Part shown: one piece after another, positions 19,980 to 28,441 of the stretch
Layout of the letters: each line of letters begins with the position of its first letter
Position numbering within the stretch: position 1 is the stretch's first letter
Sequence record: PZ445523.1
DNA length: 64,000 nucleotides
Source of the DNA: a phage
Strand: one strand, 5' to 3'
Position numbers and translations under genes: made by a program
Notes under the pieces: model-generated
Told to the model about the DNA's origin: nothing
The model's input: the letters and a program-made list of their open reading frames with translations, nothing else
Database searches by the model: none

Positions 19980-20180
19980 ATGGTACAAAAATTAATGGCA
20001 CTTGTTGATGCCATAAAAGGTAATAAGAAACGTATAGCTTTTACTATTTCTGCTATGGTAGGAATTTTACTCTGGAACTTTATTTTATCACCTGTTGCAA
20101 TTGCTCATGATGTTAATATTCCAGTAGTTACTCTTGATACATTCGTAGATTTAGCATTTGCTTTAGTTGGGTTAATTTAA
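19980..20180 (+). CDS. plus-strand small hydrophobic protein (66 aa)
   Basis: ATG preceded by AAGGAGG; fills the 56-61 gap exactly with only a 4-nt tail overlap with gene 61; predicted membrane helix. Confidence 0.45.
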   Translation: MVQKLMALVDAIKGNKKRIAFTISAMVGILLWNFILSPVAIAHDVNIPVVTLDTFVDLAFALVGLI

Positions 20181-21205
20181 ATCTTAGCATATTTAGATAG
20201 TCGCATTTTAGCCATCAACCCCTGGGCAATATTATTTTTCATATATTCCATAATTTGTTCAGTGGTTGCACCTTCCTTTCTAATCATATCATTAACATCT
20301 TTTGATTTCCAGGGAGATTTATCCCAAAACATAACCCTTTCTCCTGCATCAACTAATTTAGTCATTCGCTTAATAGTGTCAGGATGACGAGGTTCATTAT
20401 CTAAAACCCACACACGTCTATCTTTAAATGGAACAACTTCTAGGTCTAATTGACCACCCGTAATAGCTATACCATTTTCAATAAAAAGTGAATCTATAGG
20501 TCCTTCTAGAACATATACATCACCATCTTTAACTCGTTCGACTCCATAGATTTTTGTTGCCTCAGGATAAGCTTTGATGGTGATATATTTTTGAGGAGCA
20601 TCTTTCTTTAATGCACGTCCTTGAAACGACTCAGCTTTTCCATTAGCATTATAAATTGGAATAACAAGACGAGGCTCAGAAATTTCCTTTTTGTATGTTC
20701 CCGGTGCTATACTATTAACTAATTTAGGCCATTCGGTTGTAAACCAAAGATATTTCCATTTATCCTTTGGAATACAACGAGCTTTTACATATTTTATAAT
20801 TGGATGGTCTTCCGCCAGTTTATCTAATCTAACACATGACGGAAGAGATTTAATTATTTTCTTCTCAGGTTGTTTAGGAAGTTCTTTAGGTTTTTCTACT
20901 GGACGACTTTTACCTTTTTCTTTTCTTATTTCAAAGATATACTCACGATATAAATCAGGTTCAAACTCCTTTAAATATATTCCGATTGGTGCATGATAGT
21001 TACAGTTATAACAATGAATATTTCCTTCATTATTATCACCATAATACCATCCACGGGCTTTATTTTGGTCGGTTTTTGAATCTCCACACACTGGGCATCT
21101 AAACCGTAATTTAAAAGTTGAACTATTATTTACTTGTGTGAATTTAGGTAAATGAGCTAATGCACGGTATGCAAACTCATTATCAATCCAAGGTATTGAT
21201 GACAT
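20177..21205 (-). CDS. 61: DNA primase gp61, 342 aa
   Basis: Zinc ribbon CPVCGD...CYNC, TOPRIM-like core; recognised as T4 gp61. Confidence 0.9.
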   Translation of the reverse strand: MSSIPWIDNEFAYRALAHLPKFTQVNNSSTFKLRFRCPVCGDSKTDQNKARGWYYGDNNEGNIHCYNCNYHAPIGIYLKEFEPDLYREYIFEIRKEKGKSRPVEKPKELPKQPEKKIIKSLPSCVRLDKLAEDHPIIKYVKARCIPKDKWKYLWFTTEWPKLVNSIAPGTYKKEISEPRLVIPIYNANGKAESFQGRALKKDAPQKYITIKAYPEATKIYGVERVKDGDVYVLEGPIDSLFIENGIAITGGQLDLEVVPFKDRRVWVLDNEPRHPDTIKRMTKLVDAGERVMFWDKSPWKSKDVNDMIRKEGATTEQIMEYMKNNIAQGLMAKMRLSKYAKI

Positions 21206-21207
21206 TT

Positions 21208-21372
21208 TTACTCTTCTTTTTCTTTAGATTCCTCTTTTTTCTTTTTAGGAATCTGTTCAGGACCTTTATTTACTACAGCGCCTGACGTTGTTCCAGTAGA
21301 GATATTTTCAGGATTACCACCTGAATCTCCAGCGACCATATCTTCTTTGATAAATTCTTTATATGTTTTCAT
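21208..21372 (-). CDS. 61.1-like small acidic protein (54 aa)
   Basis: Not in ORF track; translated manually (MKTYKEFIKEDMVAGDSGGNPEN...KEKEE); matches size of T4 61.1. Confidence 0.55.
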   Translation of the reverse strand: MKTYKEFIKEDMVAGDSGGNPENISTGTTSGAVVNKGPEQIPKKKKEESKEKEE

Positions 21373-21373
21373 A

Positions 21374-22000
21374 TTAACCTCTATTCATAAAAGCATTAAA
21401 AATTTGGTCATCAATAGAAACATTTACTTTAGACTGTTTTTCAGATGGCAATTCATAACCACATATTACAATTTTATGATCAATATCAAAATACACAGAA
21501 GCAATATGATTAATGATATTTTCAGTGAAGTCTAAATCAACATCAATGTCTTTTTGACCAAAGCCCAAAGGATAAATAATGCGAGTAATTCGATTATCTT
21601 TAACAAAGATTCCACCGACATACTCTGTGCTGCGTTTAAAGTCTACACGCCGACGAAATGAAAAATATTCAGACTCTTTATGAGCTCGGCTTATAGGGCA
21701 CAACGAATAACTAGAATAAGAGATGTCAAATCCTACGCCTTCAATATGAACTAAATTGTCATGATTAAACCAATTATAATCATATGCCAAGTCCATTAGA
21801 TTGTCATATGTGAAAGGCACCGGATTAACATCATTGGTCACAAGCATATAATTAGCAACTGCTATAATTTCATTATTTTTAACGAATACAAACCGTGATT
21901 GATGCGAATGACCTGGACCTGTGTTTTCACGATTAATGATATAACACTGGGCACCTTTATATTTGTACGTGTCTTTACACTTGTGCATTTGATAAAGCAT
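21374..22000 (-). CDS. 61.2-like hypothetical protein (208 aa)
   Basis: ORF track; ATG. Confidence 0.55.
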   Translation of the reverse strand: MLYQMHKCKDTYKYKGAQCYIINRENTGPGHSHQSRFVFVKNNEIIAVANYMLVTNDVNPVPFTYDNLMDLAYDYNWFNHDNLVHIEGVGFDISYSSYSLCPISRAHKESEYFSFRRRVDFKRSTEYVGGIFVKDNRITRIIYPLGFGQKDIDVDLDFTENIINHIASVYFDIDHKIVICGYELPSEKQSKVNVSIDDQIFNAFMNRG

Positions 22001-22293
22001 TATTCACCTACCACTTCAGCGATGATATTTTTATTATTAAAGTTTTTATCGCAATACAGAACATAATTATACTGCATTACACCGCCAGACTTAAGTTGTT
22101 TTTGTACTTCAGCTTTCATTTCAGGACGATCACGCTCAACGATATTCATAATATCTGCTTCAATTTGAGTTTCAACCTCAGTCTGATCCGCAGTCATAGA
22201 CCATTCACACAAATCTTTATCATAACCTGCCATAGCAGGCTGAGCAGCACAAGAAGCTAAAGCAAAAATTGTAACAAAGATAAATTTTTTCAT
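22000..22293 (-). CDS. sp: spackle periplasmic protein Sp (97 aa, signal peptide)
   Basis: 97-aa secreted protein recognised as T4 Sp; early promoter upstream. Confidence 0.75.
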   Translation of the reverse strand: MKKFIFVTIFALASCAAQPAMAGYDKDLCEWSMTADQTEVETQIEADIMNIVERDRPEMKAEVQKQLKSGGVMQYNYVLYCDKNFNNKNIIAEVVGE

Positions 22294-22321
22294 GATAATC
22301 TCCTCAGTAGTTTATGTTTAT

Positions 22322-22351
22322 ATAGTATCTCAATTTCCAACAAAAGTAAAC
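22322..22351 (-). promoter_or_regulatory. T4-type early promoter
   Basis: atagta-N18-gtaaac. Confidence 0.6.
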
Positions 22352-22353
22352 AG

Positions 22354-22650
22354 CTATTTTAAAATTTCTGCGTAATCACATGTTACAAGCTGTTTCTCTA
22401 GCTTGACGATTTTACGAAAGTATCTTTTGCATTGGCGAATCTGCCGCTTCGTAGGGCGAACAACAAACTTAATAAATTCCACTCGACCAAATGGAGGACT
22501 TTCTTCTGCTGGAATATCTAACACCAATTCCCACGTATCTGCAATAAGTGCTTTAAATTGCGTATTTTTCCTGACGTTATACGGAGTAGGTTTAAATAAA
22601 ACAATATGCATATTATCCTCGGCAATCCACTTCACATACTTTCTTGTCAT
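22354..22650 (-). CDS. hypothetical basic protein (98 aa); T4 61.4 position
   Basis: ORF track trimmed to ATG at 22650. Confidence 0.5.
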   Translation of the reverse strand: MTRKYVKWIAEDNMHIVLFKPTPYNVRKNTQFKALIADTWELVLDIPAEESPPFGRVEFIKFVVRPTKRQIRQCKRYFRKIVKLEKQLVTCDYAEILK

Positions 22651-22795
22651 CAATGAAAGCTTTAACTAATGCTTTATTAACTTCAGCATATTGAGCAGTA
22701 GCCCATTGAACGTCATCTTTCATCATTGTGGTTTCTTTAGTAAACATGCTTTCATTCTTAAACCACCCCATAAAAACTACCTTTACCAATTCCAT
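22613..22795 (-). CDS. dmd: Dmd, discriminator of mRNA degradation (antitoxin against RnlA/LsoA), 60 aa
   Basis: MELVKVVFMGWFKNESMF... recognised as T4 Dmd; GAGGAG SD. Confidence 0.8.
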   Translation of the reverse strand: MELVKVVFMGWFKNESMFTKETTMMKDDVQWATAQYAEVNKALVKAFIDDKKVCEVDCRG

Positions 22796-22824
22796 AACAA
22801 TCTCCTCATTTAACCAACAAGACT

Positions 22825-22854
22825 ACTATACCATAGTCTTGTCAGCTTGTAAAC
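22825..22854 (-). promoter_or_regulatory. T4-type early promoter
   Basis: actata-N18-gtaaac. Confidence 0.55.
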
Positions 22855-24281
22855 TAAAATTTTAATTCATTTGCCAAAGCATCTAACTGAGCTCGAGTCG
22901 ATTCATTTCTTTGATAGCGATTCTGTTCAGCCTGAATCTGTTGTGAACCTGCTACTTCGTTCACTTCAGTTGGAGTAGAATCTTGTTCAATTTCTACCCA
23001 TTTTTGATTTCCTTTTTGAACACCCATCAAAAACTTATTCCACTTATTCTTATCACCATATCGTGATTTGATTTGCTTAATGAGTTGTTGTTCAGCAGCT
23101 GCTAACTCCTCGGTTTCAATGACCGCAAGCATAAAATCAGCTGTTGCTGGAAGACCAGCAGATTCTGCAATATCGCTCATGTTAACATCAGAAGAATCCC
23201 AAGCTTGTTTGCCGACCTGCGCTGCAGTCCAAAGAACAGTTTCGGTTTCAACAGCCAGAGCACGCAATTCCTCTGCAATAGCTTTAACAGTTGTGTAACT
23301 ATTTTCTGAATAAACTCTAATGCGGCAAGATTTACAAATACCTAGATAGTCGACAATAATGATAGTTGGAACAAAATTCTTCTTGAGCTTCAATTCATTC
23401 AAGAGAGACCTGAATGTGTTAGCATCTGCTCCACCAGTAGGATACTGTTTAACAATTAAACGACCGAGAGTAGATTTCTCACGCCATTTTTCCATTTTTC
23501 CTTTATACTCAGCGTAAGAAATATGCCCATCATCAATATCATCAAGAGAAACATCAAGCATATTAGCATCAATACGCTTAGCACAGACTTCTTCTGCCAT
23601 TTCCATGGAAATGTAAAGAACATTATGTCCGAGCTGCAAATAATCTGCTGCCAATGAACACAATCCTAATGACTTACCAACGTTAACTCCAGCCATTAAA
23701 ACGTTCAGTGTTCCAGTCTCAGCTCCGCCTTTAGTAATTTTGTTTAGAATTCTGAGTTTAAATGGAACCTTACGAGCTTTATTCATATAAGATAGCCAAC
23801 GTGCTTCGTAGTCATCCATCCAATCATGGCCAACGTAGCTATCAAATGAAATAGATAATGCTTGGCGCATGATGTCAGGAATAGCACCAACATCCGGCAT
23901 TTTCTTATTTCGTTTTTCCGGAGGAAGCTCAGCATTAGTTTGAATTTCGATTATTTTAGACGTAGCATTAAACATCGCCCTTTGCTGAACATATTTTTCT
24001 GTTTCTTTTATTAACCAACTGTGGTCTTCCGGAGAATCAGCTAGTTTTGAAATAAGTGTTTTTACACCAGAATATTCTGTTTCAGTAAATGAACTATTTT
24101 CTAATGCAACATTTAACGCATTAATAGATGGAACGCTATGATACTCATTGACATGAGATTTAATTAATTTGAATGTATTTTTAGCTGGACCACTTTCAAA
24201 ATATTCTGAATCCATATATGGCCAAACTTTTGAAAAATAAGCTTGATCAAATATGAGATGAGAAAGAATAATTTCTACCAC
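22854..24281 (-). CDS. 41: replicative DNA helicase gp41, 475 aa
   Basis: DnaB-like Walker A GVNVGKS; recognised as T4 gp41; apparent GTG start. Confidence 0.9.
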   Translation of the reverse strand: MVEIILSHLIFDQAYFSKVWPYMDSEYFESGPAKNTFKLIKSHVNEYHSVPSINALNVALENSSFTETEYSGVKTLISKLADSPEDHSWLIKETEKYVQQRAMFNATSKIIEIQTNAELPPEKRNKKMPDVGAIPDIMRQALSISFDSYVGHDWMDDYEARWLSYMNKARKVPFKLRILNKITKGGAETGTLNVLMAGVNVGKSLGLCSLAADYLQLGHNVLYISMEMAEEVCAKRIDANMLDVSLDDIDDGHISYAEYKGKMEKWREKSTLGRLIVKQYPTGGADANTFRSLLNELKLKKNFVPTIIIVDYLGICKSCRIRVYSENSYTTVKAIAEELRALAVETETVLWTAAQVGKQAWDSSDVNMSDIAESAGLPATADFMLAVIETEELAAAEQQLIKQIKSRYGDKNKWNKFLMGVQKGNQKWVEIEQDSTPTEVNEVAGSQQIQAEQNRYQRNESTRAQLDALANELKF

Positions 24282-24290
24282 ACTTACTCC

Positions 24291-24635
24291 TTAAAAGAAT
24301 TTAAATTTTTTCTTTGACCTTTTATTAAATGCATCTTGTAGTTGCATTGTAATACATTTTTCTACATGAGGAGCTAACTCAGCTTTTCTTTCTTGGTCAA
24401 GAACAGCAAAGTCCATTACAACCTTTCCATCAACCCAATCCAGTTTTGTTACATACACTATATGTGTAGAACCATCTTCTAGTTTAATGACAATCTCCTG
24501 GATAACATTTTCCATAGCGGATTTAATTATCTTAAGAGATTCATTAAAAAGACGTTCTTTTCTTTCTTCTTCCCCCTCCGAAGAGGGGGATTCATCGATA
24601 ATTTCTAGATCTAAATCTAAATCATCTTTATTCAT
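24291..24635 (-). CDS. 40: gp40-like head vertex assembly chaperone (114 aa from ATG at 24635)
   Basis: Position between uvsX and 41; ORF-track start is GTG at 24653. Confidence 0.55.
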   Translation of the reverse strand: MNKDDLDLDLEIIDESPSSEGEEERKERLFNESLKIIKSAMENVIQEIVIKLEDGSTHIVYVTKLDWVDGKVVMDFAVLDQERKAELAPHVEKCITMQLQDAFNKRSKKKFKFF

Positions 24636-25809
24636 TAAATTCTTCCATATCACTTAACTGTTCGAGGTCAGTTTCTAAATCAGCAGCTGATTTACTTTTA
24701 CTTTCTGGAGATTTAAATTTTTCAACCTTTGAGTTAATCAATTCATCGACTTCAGCCTCAACAATTTCATTACTATCAATAGCACCTAACTGATAAGCAC
24801 GTTTAATAGCATCTCGGAATGGTTGATGCTTAAATAAAGGACCCCAGAATGTAGTGCAGTTGGTATCTTTTGCACGCCAAGATTTTTCTTCGCGAATCAT
24901 CTCGCCGGTTTCTTCATCAAGAAATTCACGAGCATACCAACCATTCTTAGGTTTTACCACGAATCCTAATTCTAGAGCCATATCTAACAATCCAGAATAA
25001 GGATCGATACCACCGTCAAATTTAACATCAATAAAGAATTTACTTTTTTCTTTAACGGTACGAGATTTTTCTACATTTAGAACAAATTGATACCCCTGAA
25101 GATCAGAACCATCTTTAATCTGGCGCTTACCGATAATGAATACAGTATCAGCCGAATACATTACGCCTGTACCACCTGTCATCACGGTTTTACTAAACAT
25201 TTCAATGGTTTCAATTGTATGGTTAACCGCAACACATGGAATATTTTTAATGCTAAAATAAGGAGTAACAATACGGAATAATGACTTCAGTGATTTAGCA
25301 CGAGTCATATCTGCCACAGATTTTTCATTCAAGGCATCTTCCGTTTCTTTCTTAGAAGCCATATTACCAATTGAGTCGATGAATACAATAACCTTTTCAC
25401 CACGCTCAATAGCTTCAAGCTGATTCACCATATCAATTTTCAGTTGTTCAACTGACTGGATTGGCGTATGAATTACTCGTTCTGGGTCAACTCCCATGGA
25501 TCGCAAATAAGCTGGAGTAATACCAAATTCGCTATCATAGAATAGACAAACTGCATCAGGATATTTGTTCAAATACGCTGCAACCATAGTCAAAGACATA
25601 TTTGATTTAAAGTGTTTAGAAGGCCCTGCGAAAATAGTTAAACCAGACTGCATACCGCCATCAATCGCGCCAGAAATAGCAATATTAAGCATTGGGATTT
25701 TTGTACGGATTACATCCTTTTCATTAAAGAATTTAGATGTAGTCAGTTCAGCAGTCATTTTAGAAGTGGAAGCTTTAATCAAACGGGATTTTAAATCTGC
25801 AATAGACAT
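24628..25809 (-). CDS. uvsX: UvsX recombinase (RecA-like), 393 aa
   Basis: Recognised as T4 UvsX; Walker A GPSKHFKS. Confidence 0.9.
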   Translation of the reverse strand: MSIADLKSRLIKASTSKMTAELTTSKFFNEKDVIRTKIPMLNIAISGAIDGGMQSGLTIFAGPSKHFKSNMSLTMVAAYLNKYPDAVCLFYDSEFGITPAYLRSMGVDPERVIHTPIQSVEQLKIDMVNQLEAIERGEKVIVFIDSIGNMASKKETEDALNEKSVADMTRAKSLKSLFRIVTPYFSIKNIPCVAVNHTIETIEMFSKTVMTGGTGVMYSADTVFIIGKRQIKDGSDLQGYQFVLNVEKSRTVKEKSKFFIDVKFDGGIDPYSGLLDMALELGFVVKPKNGWYAREFLDEETGEMIREEKSWRAKDTNCTTFWGPLFKHQPFRDAIKRAYQLGAIDSNEIVEAEVDELINSKVEKFKSPESKSKSAADLETDLEQLSDMEEFNE

Positions 25810-25886
25810 TCATTTTTTCCATAGGCATCATTATATTTTCCTCACTGGTTAAAGATAGAGTAATTATAACACAATAAATTTAGGCA

Positions 25887-26729
25887 TTAATCAACTGCTA
25901 TTGGATGAATAGCATTAAACTTATGAAATGCTTCTGATTTTTCTTTACGCGAAACACACATGCGAAGAACCTTTAGTGGTTCATCTTCTTCACCCAACGA
26001 TTTTCGTTTTTCAATATTCGATGTTTTCCAACGAGCTTGCTCTGGAAACTCTCTATTGATTTGTTCAAGCGCTCTATTATGTTTAGAATTACTACGAATT
26101 GAACTACACCCACCGGGAGCGTGTGATTTTCCAGATACAACCAGATATTTGAACAAGGCCAAATGCGGATAACCTTGATTAATTAAATTGAGAAATGCAT
26201 ACATATCTTCGCATAAATCAATTTTTCCGTACCCAATTTGTTCTGTGGTAAGTTTTCCGAGGTCATACCATGTATTCGTGAATCCATATGAATTTTCACG
26301 ATAATTACCCCAAGATGAAGTAATTTTAAAAATTGGTAAACGAGCATGACCATGATAATACCCGCAATCCATGGCATCCTCAACATATTGAATCAATTCA
26401 TAGAACTGTTCACGAGTCAATTGATTGACTTTATCTACACAACGCCGATCATCTCTTTTTCGCATTGAACTCATACGAATAGTAGTATCATCGTCAATCA
26501 TCCAGATTCGTTGACCTGCATACATATCAGTAATTGCTTTACGAGTTCCGGCAATTCCGTTTACATCATCAGGAATAGTTATAATTTTAGCTCTAGACCC
26601 ATAGGCATCATAATAAGCTTTTTCTTCGTGTTCACGCACTACAATATGTGGTTCATAATCAGTCGGAAACATATCAAGGGCAGAAACTGCCCCGACACGC
26701 TGATAGCTTGGAATTACGAATTGAATCAT
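25887..26729 (-). CDS. putative hydroxymethylcytosine glycosyltransferase at the beta-gt locus (280 aa), not T4 beta-gt
   Basis: Position between gene 42 and uvsX; ATGA coupling to gene 42; no similarity I recognise to T4 beta-gt; T2/T6 encode a different transferase here. Confidence 0.4.
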   Translation of the reverse strand: MIQFVIPSYQRVGAVSALDMFPTDYEPHIVVREHEEKAYYDAYGSRAKIITIPDDVNGIAGTRKAITDMYAGQRIWMIDDDTTIRMSSMRKRDDRRCVDKVNQLTREQFYELIQYVEDAMDCGYYHGHARLPIFKITSSWGNYRENSYGFTNTWYDLGKLTTEQIGYGKIDLCEDMYAFLNLINQGYPHLALFKYLVVSGKSHAPGGCSSIRSNSKHNRALEQINREFPEQARWKTSNIEKRKSLGEEDEPLKVLRMCVSRKEKSEAFHKFNAIHPIAVD

Positions 26730-27466
26730 TTCCACTCACCGTTATAATCTTTTTTCACAATATGAGTTTCGCCAGTATTCCACCAATGATCAACCAAGTA
26801 AAAATGACGAGAATATACATGAAGACTTCCAACATTCCATATAATAGAACCTGCTTTATACTGACGAGTTGAATCGCCTGCATTCAAATCAGATACTAAT
26901 TTATCTAATACGTATTTTTGCCATGCATAATCATTACGGAATCCGAAGACCACGTCATTTGAGCGCATGCTTACTACTGCATTGACTTTCTTATCACGAA
27001 TCAGGTACTGTACTGTATTAGTACACATGAAATCTGACATACCATCTTTATTGTAGTCAAATTGCATGGATGGACGAGTATAAATCATGATACCACGTCG
27101 AGAATCAGGATTTTGACCAAGTTCAGCTAAACACATATCATACTGAGCATAGTTATCTTCTGACCAGATAGCCCAACCATAATTCGAGTTAATTTCGCCT
27201 TTAGAAGATGCTACCTGCTGCCAAATCTTTGGTGTTTCACCTGGAATATCTTTAACAAACAAGCTTTTAGATTTATACCATTCAAGTTCACGCTGAATGT
27301 ATTCATCATTAAGAGCGCCAAAAATAAACGGTTCATCTGCTACAAATGATGCGCCAATAATTTCAATAGTTTTAACACCAGTTTTATCAACTACGAAATC
27401 TTTTTCTTTTAATGCAAGCCCCAAATGAAGACGGATTTCTTCAACTGTCATAGAGTCACTAATCAT
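26726..27466 (-). CDS. 42: dCMP hydroxymethylase gp42, 246 aa
   Basis: Thymidylate-synthase-like; recognised as T4 gp42. Confidence 0.9.
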   Translation of the reverse strand: MISDSMTVEEIRLHLGLALKEKDFVVDKTGVKTIEIIGASFVADEPFIFGALNDEYIQRELEWYKSKSLFVKDIPGETPKIWQQVASSKGEINSNYGWAIWSEDNYAQYDMCLAELGQNPDSRRGIMIYTRPSMQFDYNKDGMSDFMCTNTVQYLIRDKKVNAVVSMRSNDVVFGFRNDYAWQKYVLDKLVSDLNAGDSTRQYKAGSIIWNVGSLHVYSRHFYLVDHWWNTGETHIVKKDYNGEWK

Positions 27467-27619
27467 TTAAACCTCAATTGATACATTCATATTTAACTTG
27501 TAACAGTAATAAGCTCCAACCTAAAATAATAGTTGGAATCATAAGAGGAACCGTTACACTATAGTATATACTTATTATAATCATCAAGATTAAAAGCAAT
27601 GCTGCTATAATTTTGCTTT

Positions 27620-27871
27620 TCATTCCTTCTCTCTGATGATAATTACTTGATTTGGCTGTGCAGACTTTTTGGTTTCACCCGCAATTGACCAAATAAATGT
27701 AATAAACCAACCAATAATTGACCAGTTAAACAGTAAAGACGTGAAAAAGATTCCTACTGTCGATTTTGACCCACGCATCAAGGCGATAAACCATGGAAGC
27801 ATGTATATAATAATAGCCAACACACCTGAAACTAAAACCATAAAAATTGAACCTGCTACTAAAGTTTCCAT
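27620..27871 (-). CDS. imm: superinfection immunity membrane protein Imm (83 aa)
   Basis: 83-aa two-helix membrane protein; position downstream of gene 43. Confidence 0.75.
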   Translation of the reverse strand: METLVAGSIFMVLVSGVLAIIIYMLPWFIALMRGSKSTVGIFFTSLLFNWSIIGWFITFIWSIAGETKKSAQPNQVIIIREKE

Positions 27872-27878
27872 GTTTTCC

Positions 27879-28259
27879 TCACTTAGTCAAATTTTTTACA
27901 CATGAATTATAAGAATTCACTACATACTCCATCGGAGCATTTTTACCTGTACGCCATTGGTAATTATTAGCCCAATTTGCCCAAAGTTCAGCGCAGTAGT
28001 TTTCAATTTTTTCTTCGCGTGTAATTACATCCGAATTACGATATGCTTGAGCAGATTCATCTGGACGAATAGCTTCGTCAAAATTCGCCTGCATTTGTTC
28101 TACTGTCTGTTTTGGAGCTTCTTTATAACACTTGACATTAGGATTATAAAATTTGCTTGAACAGTTTACAATTTTTCCTACATCAGACTGATTTACTACC
28201 GGTCCTTGAGCTACACAACCAGTAAGACCTAATGCAATAACCAAAATAGCGATTTTCAT
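27879..28259 (-). CDS. putative lipoprotein, imm.1 position (126 aa from ATG at 28259)
   Basis: MKIAILVIALGLTGC signal and lipobox; ORF-track N-terminus is translated promoter. Confidence 0.5.
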   Translation of the reverse strand: MKIAILVIALGLTGCVAQGPVVNQSDVGKIVNCSSKFYNPNVKCYKEAPKQTVEQMQANFDEAIRPDESAQAYRNSDVITREEKIENYCAELWANWANNYQWRTGKNAPMEYVVNSYNSCVKNLTK

Positions 28260-28293
28260 TTCATTCTCCAAATCCGTATCAGTTGATAGTTGT

Positions 28294-28323
28294 ATAGTAC
28301 CACAGAGGAACAGTCTTGTAAAC
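28294..28323 (-). promoter_or_regulatory. T4-type early promoter
   Basis: atagta-N18-gtaaac. Confidence 0.6.
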
Positions 28324-28411
28324 AGTTTTGTGAAAAAATTTTTTAATGAATTCAAAGGGTCCAGAATCATCTGTTTTTCATAAGTATAGATTTATATTAC
28401 TTGTATGAAAA

Positions 28412-28429
28412 AGGGACCCGGAGGTCCCT
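28412..28429 (-). terminator. intrinsic terminator after gene 43
   Basis: agggacc-cgga-ggtccct hairpin followed by U-rich tract on transcript. Confidence 0.6.
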
Positions 28430-28441
28430 AGATTTATTCTA

